Shown one piece after another: positions 27,101-42,100 of a stretch of DNA of 64,000 nucleotides. The notes under the pieces were generated by a model. The model was not told the DNA's origin. It searched no databases and saw only the letters and a program-made list of their open reading frames with translations. The number at the start of each line of letters is the position of its first letter. The stretch's first letter is position 1. The DNA is from Laetmonice hystrix (taxonomy: Eukaryota), in contig OZ249436.1 of NCBI GenBank assembly GCA_965235115.1, positions 24,740,001 through 24,804,000 of the forward strand, in the 5' to 3' direction. A program made the position numbers and the translations under genes.

Positions 27101-30100
27101 CATGTCAAACCTAACCCGCCCCCAAGCACATGAGCTGAAAATATTCAAATAGCTTGAAAACTAGAATATAGCTTTGCTTAATACCATTATACCATCAACT
27201 CGCATTACAGGCCTAATGCGAAGCTCCCAGCCTAAAACGAGTTTCCAATTAATTTAAAGTTAACAAGATGCACTAATAATCGATTCCAAGCCTAATTAGG
27301 CCATTGCTAGTTGGATAACCAAATCTCATACAAAATACACCCTCCCGGCAGATGACCTGAGAATATTCAACTCTTATGTCCGATATATCCCTGTCCGCTT
27401 AGTAGCACCCAGCCGGGCCCCCATTTTGACATTGCAACACCAATACAGCAAGTGCCCAGCTAACAGCACAAATAACAGGATTCAGGGCTTCCTACCACGT
27501 TACAAGTCACAATAGATTGCTGCCTGTCGTAAAAATATACCAGACCATTTTAAAAAGTCACAGAACCCCAAACCGGCCCTAATATGTCACTCCCAGTACC
27601 AATAGACGCTGGAAGCACCATCAACTGAAATTCAGGCCTAGAACCCACCTCTCTCTACCAATATCATGCACCTAGTCCGTATACGAGGTTGTAATTTACT
27701 TTAATCAACGGGCTGCGCCGCAGCAACCCACTCTGGTCTTTGCAATCTTTTTCAATATGCGTTAACATTTGTAACCAGCTCAACGCGCCTTGTAAAATTT
27801 TTCAAAGTGCGTAAAAGTGTGTGTCCACCCCGACACGCTTTCCAAACCACTATACCCACCGAGCGACATCCACTCAAATACAGGCTTCGACCGATCCTCA
27901 CTGTGCCAATAATCCGCCACAAGGCAAATTCAGTCAATGCAAGCTGGAAAATCGAATGTCAAACCTAATGCTCCCCCCCCCCCCAGCACGTTAACTGAAA
28001 ATAATCAACTAGCTTGAAAACTAGAATATAGCTTTGTTAAGCTAACAATCTACTCTCCCAGCGCCATCAACTCGCATACAGGCGTAAAAGCAAACGCACT
28101 GCCCCATATAATGCTCCCAGCCTAAAACGATGTTGCAATTAATTTAAAATTAACAAGATGCACTAGTAATCCGATCCAAGCCTAATTACGTCATTGCTAG
28201 TTTCATAACCAAATCTCACAGAAAATACCCCACCCGCGCACATAACCTGAAAATATTCAACTTTTATCTCCAATGTATCCCTGTGCACCTAGTAGCACCC
28301 AAGCGGGCCCAATTTTGACATTCCAACACAAATACCGCAAATACCCGCCTAATGGCACAAAAAACTTTCTACCCCGTTGCAAGTCACATTAGCTTGCTGC
28401 TTGTCGTAAAAAATGGTGCAGACCATTTCTAAAGTCACAGTACCCCACTCCCGGCCTAATATTACGTTTCAGTATCCATATACGCTGCAAGCGGCAGGAA
28501 CTCGAATACAGGCCTAAAAGTAACCCCAGTCTAGCAATATCATACTCTCATGCCATATACGAGCTTGTAATTATCTTTAATTAATGGGCTCCGCAGCACC
28601 AACCCACTGCATTAACATTTGTTTAACAGCTTAACGCACCTTGTAAAAAATTTTCAAGTGCGTAAAAATGCGTGTCCACCTCCACATACTTTAAAAATCA
28701 CTATACCCACCCAGCGACATTCACTCTAATACACGCCTAAGAGGAACTTCACTGTCCCATTTGATTCTCCAGCACGTATAGGATGTTTCAAGTAACATTT
28801 ATCCACGGTCTGGCCCAATAACGTGCAACAAGGCATAGTAAGTCAATGCGACCTCGCATGTCAAACCTAACCCGCCCCCCAGCACATGAGCTGGAGATAT
28901 TCAAATAGCTTGAAAACTAGAATATAGCTTTGCTTAATACCATTATACCATCAACTCGCATTACAGGCCTAATGCGAAGCTCCCAGCCTAAAACGAGTTT
29001 CCAATTAATTTAAAGTTAACAAGATGCACTAATAATCGATTCCAAGCCTAATTAGGCCATTGCTAGTTGGATAACCAAATCTCATACAAAATACACCCTC
29101 CCGGCAGATGACCTGAGAATATTCAACTCTTATGTCCGATATATCCCTGTCCGCTTTGTAGCACCCAGCCGGGCCCCCATTTTGACATTGCAACACCAAT
29201 ACAGCAAGTGCCCAGCTAACAGCACAAATAACAGGATTCAGGGCTTCCTACCACGTTACAAGTCACAATAGATTGCTGCCTGTCGTAAAAATATACCAGA
29301 CCATTTTAAAAAGTCACAGAACCCCAATCCGGCCCTAATATGTCACTCCCAGTACCAATACACTCTGGAAGCACCATCAACTGAAATTCAGGCCTAGAAC
29401 CCACCTCTCTCTACCAATATCATGCACCTAGTCCGTATACGAGGTTGTAATTTACTTTAATCAACGGGCTGCGCCGCAGCAACCCACTCTGGTCTTTGCA
29501 ATCTTTTTCAATATGCGTTAACATTTGTAACCAGCTCAACGCGCCTTGTAAAATTTTTCAAAGTGCGTAAAAGTGTGTGTCCACCCCGACACGCTTTCCA
29601 AACCACTATACCCACCGAGCGACATCCACTCAAATACAGGCTTCGACCGATCCTCACTGTGCCAATAATCCGCCACAAGGCAAATTCAGTCAATGCAAGC
29701 TGGAAAATCGAATGTCAAACCTAATGCTCCCCCCCCCCAGCACGTTAACTGAAAATAATCAACTAGCTTGAAAACTAGAATATAGCTTTGTTAAGCTAAC
29801 AATCTACTCTCCCAGCGCCATCAACTCGCATACAGGCGTAAAAGCAAACGCACTGCCCCATATAATGCTCCCAGCCTAAAACGATGTTGCAATTAATTTA
29901 AAATTAACAAGATGCACTAGTAATCCGATCCAAGCCTAATTACGTCATTGCTAGTTTCATAACCAAATCTCACAGAAAATACCCCACCCGCGCACATAAC
30001 CTGAAAATATTCAACTTTTATCTCCAATGTATCCCTGTGCACCTAGTAGCACCCAAGCGGGCCCAATTTTGACATTCCAACACAAATACCGCAAATACCC

Positions 30101-33100
30101 GCCTAATGGCACAAAAAACTTTCTACCCCGTTGCAAGTCACATTAGCTTGCTGCTTGTCGTAAAAAATGGTGCAGACCATTTCTAAAGTCACAGTACCCC
30201 ACTCCCGGCCTAATATTACGTTTCAGTATCCATATACGCTGCAAGCGGCAGGAACTCGAATACAGGCCTAAAAGTAACCCCAGTCTAGCAATATCATACT
30301 CTCATGCCATATACGAGCTTGTAATTATCTTTAATTAATGGGCTCCGCAGCACCAACCCACTGCATTAACATTTGTTTAACAGCTTAACGCACCTTGTAA
30401 AAAATTTTCAAGTGCGTAAAAATGCGTGTCCACCTCCACATACTTTAAAAATCACTATACCCACCCAGCGACATTCACTCTAATACACGCCTAAGAGGAA
30501 CTTCACTGTCCCATTTGATTCTCCAGCACGTATAGGATGTTTCAAGTAACATTTATCCACGGTCTGGCCCAATAACGTGCAACAAGGCATAGTAAGTCAA
30601 TGCGACCTCGCATGTCAAACCTAACCCGCCCCCCAGCACATGAGCTGGAGATATTCAAATAGCTTGAAAACTAGAATATAGCTTTGCTTAATACCATTAT
30701 ACCATCAACTCGCATTACAGGCCTAATGCGAAGCTCCCAGCCTAAAACGAGTTTCCAATTAATTTAAAGTTAACAAGATGCACTAATAATCGATTCCAAG
30801 CCTAATTAGGCCATTGCTAGTTGGATAACCAAATCTCATACAAAATACACCCTCCCGGCAGATGACCTGAGAATATTCAACTCTTATGTCCGATATATCC
30901 CTGTCCGCTTAGTAGCACCCAGCCGGGCCCCCATTTTGACATTGCAACACCAATACAGCAAGTGCCCAGCTAACAGCACAAATAACAGGATTCAGGGCTT
31001 CCTACCACGTTACAAGTCACAATAGATTGCTGCCTGTCGTAAAAATATACCAGACCATTTTAAAAAGTCACAGAACCCCAATCCGGCCCTAATATGTCAC
31101 TCCCAGTACCAATAGACGCTGGAAGCACCATCAACTGAAATTCAGGCCTAGAACCCACCTCTCTCTACCAATATCATGCACCTAGTCCGTATACGAGGTT
31201 GTAAATTACTTTAATCAACGGGCTGCGCCGCAGCAACCCACTCTGGTCTTTGCAATCTTTTTCAATATGCGTTAACATTTGTGACCAGCTCAACGCGCCT
31301 TGTAAAATTTTTCAAAGTGCGTAAAAGTGTGTGTCCACCCCGACACGCTTTCCAAACCACTATACCCACCGAGCGACATCCACTCAAATACAGGCTTCGA
31401 CCGATCCTCACTGTGCCAATAATCCGCCACAAGGCAAATTCAGTCAATGCAAGCTGGAAAATCGAATGTCAAACCTAATGCTCCCCCCCCCAGCACGTTA
31501 ACTGAAAAAAATCAACTAGCTTGAAAACTAGAATATAGCTTTGTTTAGCTAACAATCTACTCTCCCAGCGCCATCAACTCGCATACAGGCGTAAAAGCAA
31601 ACGCACTGCCCCATATAATGCTCCCAGCCTAAGACGATGTTGCAATTAATTTAAGATTAACAAGATGCACTAGTAATCCGATCCAAGCCTAATTACGTCA
31701 TTGCTAGTTTCATAACCAAATCTCACAGAAAATACCCCACCCGCGCACATAACCTGAAAATATTCAACTTTTATCTCCAATGTATCCCTGTGCACCTAGT
31801 AGCACACAAGCGGGCCCAATTTTGACATCCCAACACAAATACCGCAAATACCCGCCTAATGGCACAAAAAACTTTCTACCCCGTTGCAAGTCACATTAGC
31901 GTGCTGCTTGTCGTAAAAAATGGTGCAGACCATTTCTAAAGTCACAGTACCCCACTCCCGGCCTAATATTACGTTTCAGTATCCATATACGCTGCAAGCG
32001 GCAGGAACTCGAATACAGGCCTAAAAGTAACCTCAGTCTAGCAATATCATACTCCCATGCCATATACGAGCTTGTAATTATCTTTAATTAATGGGCTCCG
32101 CAGCACCAACCCACTGCATTAACATTTGTTTAACAGCTTAACGCACCTTGTAAAATTTTTTCAAGTGCGTAAAAATGCGTGTCCACCTCCACATACTTTA
32201 AAAATCACTATACCCACCCAGCGACATCCACTCTAATACACGCCTAAAAGGAACTTCACTGTCCCATTTGATTCTCCAGCACGTATAGGATGTTTCAAGT
32301 AACATTCATCCACGGTCTGGCCCAATAACGTGCAACAAGGCATAGTAAGTCAATGCGAGCTCGCATGTCAAACCTAACCCGCCCCCAAGCACATGAGCTG
32401 AAAATATTCAAATAGCTTGAAAACTAGAATATAGCTTTGCTTAATACCATTATACCATCAACTCGCATTACAGGCCTAATGCGAAGCTCCCAGCCTAAAA
32501 CGAGTTTCCAATTAATTTAAAGTTAACAAGATGCACTAATAATCGATTCCAAGCCTAATTAGGCCATTGCTAGTTGGATAACCAAATCTCATACAAAATA
32601 CACCCTCCCGGCAGATGACCTGAGAATATTCAACTCTTATGTCCGATATATCCCTGTCCGCTTAGTAGCACCCAGCCGGGCCCCCATTTTGACATTGCAA
32701 CACCAATACAGCAAGTGCCCAGCTAACAGCACAAATAACAGGATTCAGGGCTTCCTACCACGTTACAAGTCACAATAGATTGCTGCCTGTCGTAAAAATA
32801 TACCAGACCATTTTAAAAAGTCACAGAACCCCAATCCGGCCCTAATATGTCACTCCCAGTACCAATAGACGCTGGAAGCACCATCAACTGAAATTCAGGC
32901 CTAGAACCCACCTCTCTCTACCAATATCATGCACCTAGTCCGTATACGAGGTTGTAATTTACTTTAATCAACGGGCTGCGCCGCAGCAACCCACTCTGGT
33001 CTTTGCAATCTTTTTCAATATGCGTTAACATTTGTGACCAGCTCAACGCGCCTTGTAAAATTTTTCAAAGTGCGTAAAAGTGTGTGTCCACCCCGACACG

Positions 33101-36100
33101 CTTTCCAAACCACTATACCCACCGAGCGACATCCACTCAAATACAGGCTTCGACCGATCCTCACTGTGCCAATAATCCGCCACAAGGCAAATTCAGTCAA
33201 TGCAAGCTGGAAAATCGAATGTCAAACCTAATGCTCCCCCCCCCCCCCAGCACGTTAACTGAAAAAAATCAACTAGCTTGAAAACTAGAATATAGCTTTG
33301 TTTAGCTAACAATCTACTCTCCCAGCGCCATCAACTCGCATACAGGCGTAAAAGCAAACGCACTGCCCCATATAATGCTCCCAGCCTAAGACGATGTTGC
33401 AATTAATTTAAGATTAACAAGATGCACTAGTAATCCGATCCAAGCCTAATTACGTCATTGCTAGTTTCATAACCAAATCTCACAGAAAATACCCCACCCG
33501 CGCACATAACCTGAAAATATTCAACTTTTATCTCCAATGTATCCCTGTGCACCTAGTAGCACACAAGCGGGCCCAATTTTGACATCCCAACACAAATACC
33601 GCAAATACCCGCCTAATGGCACAAAAAACTTTCTACCCCGTTGCAAGTCACATTAGCGTGCTGCTTGTCGTAAAAAATGGTGCAGACCATTTCTAAAGTC
33701 ACAGTACCCCACTCCCGTCCTAATATTACGTTTCAGTATCCATATACGCTGCAAGCGGCAGGAACTCGAATACAGGCCTAAAAGTAACCTCAGTCTAGCA
33801 ATATCATACTCCCATGCCATATACGAGCTTGTAATTATCTTTAATTAATGGGCTCCGCAGCACCAACCCACTGCATTAACATTTGTTTAACAGCTTAACG
33901 CACCTTGTAAAATTTTTTCAAGTGCGTAAAAATGCGTGTCCACCTCCACATACTTTAAAAATCACTATACCCACCCAGCGACATCCACTCTAATACACGC
34001 CTAAAAGGAACTTCACTGTCCCATTTGATTCTCCAGCACGTATAGGATGTTTCAAGTAACATTCATCCACGGTCTGGCCCAATAACGTGCAACAAGGCAT
34101 AGTAAGTCAATGCGAGCTCGCATGTCAAACCTAACCCGCCCCCAAGCACATGAGCTGAAAATATTCAAATAGCTTGAAAACTAGAATATAGCTTTGCTTA
34201 ATACCATTATACCATCAACTCGCATTACAGGCCTAATGCGAAGCTCCCAGCCTAAAACGAGTTTCCAATTAATTTAAAGTTAACAAGATGCACTAATAAT
34301 CGATTCCAAGCCTAATTAGGCCATTGCTAGTTGGATAACCAAATCTCATACAAAATACACCCTCCCGGCAGATGACCTGAGAATATTCAACTCTTATGTC
34401 CGATATATCCCTGTCCGCTTAGTAGCACCCAGCCGGGCCCCCATTTTGACATTGCAACACCAATACAGCAAGTGCCCAGCTAACAGCACAAATAACAGGA
34501 TTCAGGGCTTCCTACCACGTTACAAGTCACAATAGATTGCTGCCTGTCGTAAAAATATACCAGACCATTTTAAAAAGTCACAGAACCCCAATCCGGCCCT
34601 AATATGTCACTCCCAGTACCAATAGACGCTGGAAGCACCATCAACTGAAATTCAGGCCTAGAACCCACCTCTCTCTACCAATATCATGCACCTAGTCCGT
34701 ATACGAGGTTGTAATTTACTTTAATCAACGGGCTGCGCCGCAGCAACCCACTCTGGTCTTTGCAATCTTTTTCAATATGCGTTAACATTTGTGACCAGCT
34801 CAACGCGCCTTGTAAAATTTTTCAAAGTGCGTAAAAGTGTGTGTCCACCCCGACACGCTTTCCAAACCACTATACCCACCGAGCGACATCCACTCAAATA
34901 CAGGCTTCGACCGATCCTCACTGTGCCAATAATCCGCCACAAGGCAAATTCAGTCAATGCAAGCTGGAAAATCGAATGTCAAACCTAATGCTCCCCCCCC
35001 AGCACGTTAACTGAAAAAAATCAACTAGCTTGAAAACTAGAATATAGCTTTGTTTAGCTAACAATCTACTCTCCCAGCGCCATCAACTCGCATACAGGCG
35101 TAAAAGCAAACGCACTGCCCCATATAATGCTCCCAGCCTAAGACGATGTTGCAATTAATTTAAGATTAACAAGATGCACTAGTAATCCGATCCAAGCCTA
35201 ATTACGTCATTGCTAGTTTCATAACCAAATCTCACAGAAAATACCCCACCCGCGCACATAACCTGAAAATATTCAACTTTTATCTCCAATGTATCCCTGT
35301 GCACCTAGTAGCACACAAGCGGGCCCAATTTTGACATCCCAACACAAATACCGCAAATACCCGCCTAATGGCACAAAAAACTTTCTACCCCGTTGCAAGT
35401 CACATTAGCGTGCTGCTTGTCGTAAAAAATGGTGCAGACCATTTCTAAAGTCACAGTACCCCACTCCCGTCCTAATATTACGTTTCAGTATCCATATACG
35501 CTGCAAGCGGCAGGAACTCGAATACAGGCCTAAAAGTAACCTCAGTCTAGCAATATCATACTCCCATGCCATATACGAGCTTGTAATTATCTTTAATTAA
35601 TGGGCTCCGCAGCACCAACCCACTGCATTAACATTTGTTTAACAGCTTAACGCACCTTGTAAAATTTTTTCAAGTGCGTAAAAATGCGTGTCCACCTCCA
35701 CATACTTTAAAAATCACTATACCCACCCAGCGACATCCACTCTAATACACGCCTAAAAGGAACTTCACTGTCCCATTTGATTCTCCAGCACGTATAGGAT
35801 GTTTCAAGTAACATTCATCCACGGTCTGGCCCAATAACGTGCAACAAGGCATAGTAAGTCAATGCGAGCTCGCATGTCAAACCTAACCCGCCCCCAAGCA
35901 CATGAGCTGAAAATATTCAAATAGCTTGAAAACTAGAATATAGCTTTGCTTAATACCATTATACCATCAACTCGCATTACAGGCCTAATGCGAAGCTCCC
36001 AGCCTAAAACGAGTTTCCAATTAATTTAAAGTTAACAAGATGCACTAATAATCGATTCCAAGCCTAATTAGGCCATTGCTAGTTGGATAACCAAATCTCA

Positions 36101-39100
36101 TACAAAATACACCCTCCCGGCAGATGACCTGAGAATATTCAACTCTTATGTCCGATATATCCCTGTCCGCTTTGTAGCACCCAGCCGGGCCCCCATTTTG
36201 ACATTGCAACACCAATACAGCAAGTGCCCAGCTAACAGCACAAATAACAGGATTCAGGGCTTCCTACCACGTTACAAGTCACAATAGATTGCTGCCTGTC
36301 GTAAAAATATACCAGACCATTTTAAAAAGTCACAGAACCCCAATCCGGCCCTAATATGTCACTCCCAGTACCAATACACTCTGGAAGCACCATCAACTGA
36401 AATTCAGGCCTAGAACCCACCTCTCTCTACCAATATCATGCACCTAGTCCGTATACGAGGTTGTAATTTACTTTAATCAACGGGCTGCGCCGCAGCAACC
36501 CACTCTGGTCTTTGCAATCTTTTTCAATATGCGTTAACATTTGTAACCAGCTCAACGCGCCTTGTAAAATTTTTCAAAGTGCGTAAAAGTGTGTGTCCAC
36601 CCCGACACGCTTTCCAAACCACTATACCCACCGAGCGACATCCACTCAAATACAGGCTTCGACCGATCCTCACTGTGCCAATAATCCGCCACAAGGCAAA
36701 TTCAGTCAATGCAAGCTGGAAAATCGAATGTCAAACCTAATGCTCCCCCCCCCAGCACGTTAACTGAAAATAATCAACTAGCTTGAAAACTAGAATATAG
36801 CTTTGTTAAGCTAACAATCTACTCTCCCAGCGCCATCAACTCGCATACAGGCGTAAAAGCAAACGCACTGCCCCATATAATGCTCCCAGCCTAAAACGAT
36901 GTTGCAATTAATTTAAAATTAACAAGATGCACTAGTAATCCGATCCAAGCCTAATTACGTCATTGCTAGTTTCATAACCAAATCTCACAGAAAATACCCC
37001 ACCCGCGCACATAACCTGAAAATATTCAACTTTTATCTCCAATGTATCCCTGTGCACCTAGTAGCACCCAAGCGGGCCCAATTTTGACATTCCAACACAA
37101 ATACCGCAAATACCCGCCTAATGGCACAAAAAACTTTCTACCCCGTTGCAAGTCACATTAGCTTGCTGCTTGTCGTAAAAAATGGTGCAGACCATTTCTA
37201 AAGTCACAGTACCCCACTCCCGGCCTAATATTACGTTTCAGTATCCATATACGCTGCAAGCGGCAGGAACTCGAATACAGGCCTAAAAGTAACCCCAGTC
37301 TAGCAATATCATACTCTCATGCCATATACGAGCTTGTAATTATCTTTAATTAATGGGCTCCGCAGCACCAACCCACTGCATTAACATTTGTTTAACAGCT
37401 TAACGCACCTTGTAAAAAATTTTCAAGTGCGTAAAAATGCGTGTCCACCTCCACATACTTTAAAAATCACTATACCCACCCAGCGACATTCACTCTAATA
37501 CACGCCTAAGAGGAACTTCACTGTCCCATTTGATTCTCCAGCACGTATAGGATGTTTCAAGTAACATTTATCCACGGTCTGGCCCAATAACGTGCAACAA
37601 GGCATAGTAAGTCAATGCGACCTCGCATGTCAAACCTAACCCGCCCCCCAGCACATGAGCTGGAGATATTCAAATAGCTTGAAAACTAGAATATAGCTTT
37701 GCTTAATACCATTATACCATCAACTCGCATTACAGGCCTAATGCGAAGCTCCCAGCCTAAAACGAGTTTCCAATTAATTTAAAGTTAACAAGATGCACTA
37801 ATAATCGATTCCAAGCCTAATTAGGCCATTGCTAGTTGGATAACCAAATCTCATACAAAATACACCCTCCCGGCAGATGACCTGAGAATATTCAACTCTT
37901 ATGTCCGATATATCCCTGTCCGCTTAGTAGCACCCAGCCGGGCCCCCATTTTGACATTGCAACACCAATACAGCAAGTGCCCAGCTAACAGCACAAATAA
38001 CAGGATTCAGGGCTTCCTACCACGTTACAAGTCACAATAGATTGCTGCCTGTCGTAAAAATATACCAGACCATTTTAAAAAGTCACAGAACCCCAATCCG
38101 GCCCTAATATGTCACTCCCAGTACCAATAGACGCTGGAAGCACCATCAACTGAAATTCAGGCCTAGAACCCACCTCTCTCTACCAATATCATGCACCTAG
38201 TCCGTATACGAGGTTGTAAATTACTTTAATCAACGGGCTGCGCCGCAGCAACCCACTCTGGTCTTTGCAATCTTTTTCAATATGCGTTAACATTTGTGAC
38301 CAGCTCAACGCGCCTTGTAAAATTTTTCAAAGTGCGTAAAAGTGTGTGTCCACCCCGACACGCTTTCCAAACCACTATACCCACCGAGCGACATCCACTC
38401 AAATACAGGCTTCGACCGATCCTCACTGTGCCAATAATCCGCCACAAGGCAAATTCAGTCAATGCAAGCTGGAAAATCGAATGTCAAACCTAATGCTCCC
38501 CCCCCCCAGCACGTTAACTGAAAAAAATCAACTAGCTTGAAAACTAGAATATAGCTTTGTTTAGCTAACAATCTACTCTCCCAGCGCCATCAACTCGCAT
38601 ACAGGCGTAAAAGCAAACGCACTGCCCCATATAATGCTCCCAGCCTAAGACGATGTTGCAATTAATTTAAGATTAACAAGATGCACTAGTAATCCGATCC
38701 AAGCCTAATTACGTCATTGCTAGTTTCATAACCAAATCTCACAGAAAATACCCCACCCGCGCACATAACCTGAAAATATTCAACTTTTATCTCCAATGTA
38801 TCCCTGTGCACCTAGTAGCACACAAGCGGGCCCAATTTTGACATCCCAACACAAATACCGCAAATACCCGCCTAATGGCACAAAAAACTTTCTACCCCGT
38901 TGCAAGTCACATTAGCGTGCTGCTTGTCGTAAAAAATGGTGCAGACCATTTCTAAAGTCACAGTACCCCACTCCCGGCCTAATATTACGTTTCAGTATCC
39001 ATATACGCTGCAAGCGGCAGGAACTCGAATACAGGCCTAAAAGTAACCTCAGTCTAGCAATATCATACTCCCATGCCATATACGAGCTTGTAATTATCTT

Positions 39101-42100
39101 TAATTAATGGGCTCCGCAGCACCAACCCACTGCATTAACATTTGTTTAACAGCTTAACGCACCTTGTAAAATTTTTTCAAGTGCGTAAAAATGCGTGTCC
39201 ACCTCCACATACTTTAAAAATCACTATACCCACCCAGCGACATCCACTCTAATACACGCCTAAAAGGAACTTCACTGTCCCATTTGATTCTCCAGCACGT
39301 ATAGGATGTTTCAAGTAACATTCATCCACGGTCTGGCCCAATAACGTGCAACAAGGCATAGTAAGTCAATGCGAGCTCGCATGTCAAACCTAACCCGCCC
39401 CCAAGCACATGAGCTGAAAATATTCAAATAGCTTGAAAACTAGAATATAGCTTTGCTTAATACCATTATACCATCAACTCGCATTACAGGCCTAATGCGA
39501 AGCTCCCAGCCTAAAACGAGTTTCCAATTAATTTAAAGTTAACAAGATGCACTAATAATCGATTCCAAGCCTAATTAGGCCATTGCTAGTTGGATAACCA
39601 AATCTCATACAAAATACACCCTCCCGGCAGATGACCTGAGAATATTCAACTCTTATGTCCGATATATCCCTGTCCGCTTAGTAGCACCCAGCCGGGCCCC
39701 CATTTTGACATTGCAACACCAATACAGCAAGTGCCCAGCTAACAGCACAAATAACAGGATTCAGGGCTTCCTACCACGTTACAAGTCACAATAGATTGCT
39801 GCCTGTCGTAAAAATATACCAGACCATTTTAAAAAGTCACAGAACCCCAATCCGGCCCTAATATGTCACTCCCAGTACCAATAGACGCTGGAAGCACCAT
39901 CAACTGAAATTCAGGCCTAGAACCCACCTCTCTCTACCAATATCATGCACCTAGTCCGTATACGAGGTTGTAATTTACTTTAATCAACGGGCTGCGCCGC
40001 AGCAACCCACTCTGGTCTTTGCAATCTTTTTCAATATGCGTTAACATTTGTGACCAGCTCAACGCGCCTTGTAAAATTTTTCAAAGTGCGTAAAAGTGTG
40101 TGTCCACCCCGACACGCTTTCCAAACCACTATACCCACCGAGCGACATCCACTCAAATACAGGCTTCGACCGATCCTCACTGTGCCAATAATCCGCCACA
40201 AGGCAAATTCAGTCAATGCAAGCTGGAAAATCGAATGTCAAACCTAATGCTCCCCCCCCCCCCAGCACGTTAACTGAAAAAAATCAACTAGCTTGAAAAC
40301 TAGAATATAGCTTTGTTTAGCTAACAATCTACTCTCCCAGCGCCATCAACTCGCATACAGGCGTAAAAGCAAACGCACTGCCCCATATAATGCTCCCAGC
40401 CTAAGACGATGTTGCAATTAATTTAAGATTAACAAGATGCACTAGTAATCCGATCCAAGCCTAATTACGTCATTGCTAGTTTCATAACCAAATCTCACAG
40501 AAAATACCCCACCCGCGCACATAACCTGAAAATATTCAACTTTTATCTCCAATGTATCCCTGTGCACCTAGTAGCACCCAAGCGGGCCCAATTTTGACAT
40601 TCCAACACAAATACCGCAAATACCCGCCTAATGGCACAAAAAACTTTCTACCCCGTTGCAAGTCACATTAGCTTGCTGCTTGTCGTAAAAAATGGTGCAG
40701 ACCATTTCTAAAGTCACAGTACCCCACTCCCGGCCTAATATTACGTTTCAGTATCCATATACGCTGCAAGCGGCAGGAACTCGAATACAGGCCTAAAAGT
40801 AACCCCAGTCTAGCAATATCATACTCTCATGCCATATACGAGCTTGTAATTATCTTTAATTAATGGGCTCCGCAGCACCAACCCACTGCATTAACATTTG
40901 TTTAACAGCTTAACGCACCTTGTAAAAAATTTTCAAGTGCGTAAAAATGCGTGTCCACCTCCACATACTTTAAAAATCACTATACCCACCCAGCGACATT
41001 CACTCTAATACACGCCTAAGAGGAACTTCACTGTCCCATTTGATTCTCCAGCACGTATAGGATGTTTCAAGTAACATTTATCCACGGTCTGGCCCAATAA
41101 CGTGCAACAAGGCATAGTAAGTCAATGCGACCTCGCATGTCAAACCTAACCCGCCCCCCAGCACATGAGCTGGAGATATTCAAATAGCTTGAAAACTAGA
41201 ATATAGCTTTGCTTAATACCATTATACCATCAACTCGCATTACAGGCCTAATGCGAAGCTCCCAGCCTAAAACGAGTTTCCAATTAATTTAAAGTTAACA
41301 AGATGCACTAATAATCGATTCCAAGCCTAATTAGGCCATTGCTAGTTGGATAACCAAATCTCATACAAAATACACCCTCCCGGCAGATGACCTGAGAATA
41401 TTCAACTCTTATGTCCGATATATCCCTGTCCGCTTAGTAGCACCCAGCCGGGCCCCCATTTTGACATAGCAACACCAATACAGCAAGTGCCCAGCTAACA
41501 GCACAAATAACAGGATTCAGGGCTTCCTACCACGTTACAAGTCACAATAGATTGCTGCCTGTCGTAAAAATATACCAGACCATTTTAAAAAGTCACAGAA
41601 CCCCAATCCGGCCCTAATATGTCACTCCCAGTACCAATAGACGCTGGAAGCACCATCAACTGAAATTCAGGCCTAGAACCCACCTCTCTCTACCAATATC
41701 ATGCACCTAGTCCGTATACGAGGTTGTAATTTACTTTAATCAACGGGCTGCGCCGCAGCAACCCACTCTGGTCTTTGCAATCTTTTTCAATATGCGTTAA
41801 CATTTGTGACCAGCTCAACGCGCCTTGTAAAATTTTTCAAAGTGCGTAAAAGTGTGTGTCCACCCCGACACGCTTTCCAAACCACTATACCCACCGAGCG
41901 ACATCCACTCAAATACAGGCTTCGACCGATCCTCACTGTGCCAATAATCCGCCACAAGGCAAATTCAGTCAATGCAAGCTGGAAAATCGAATGTCAAACC
42001 TAATGCTCCCCCCCCCCCCAGCACGTTAACTGAAAAAAATCAACTAGCTTGAAAACTAGAATATAGCTTTGTTTAGCTAACAATCTACTCTCCCAGCGCC

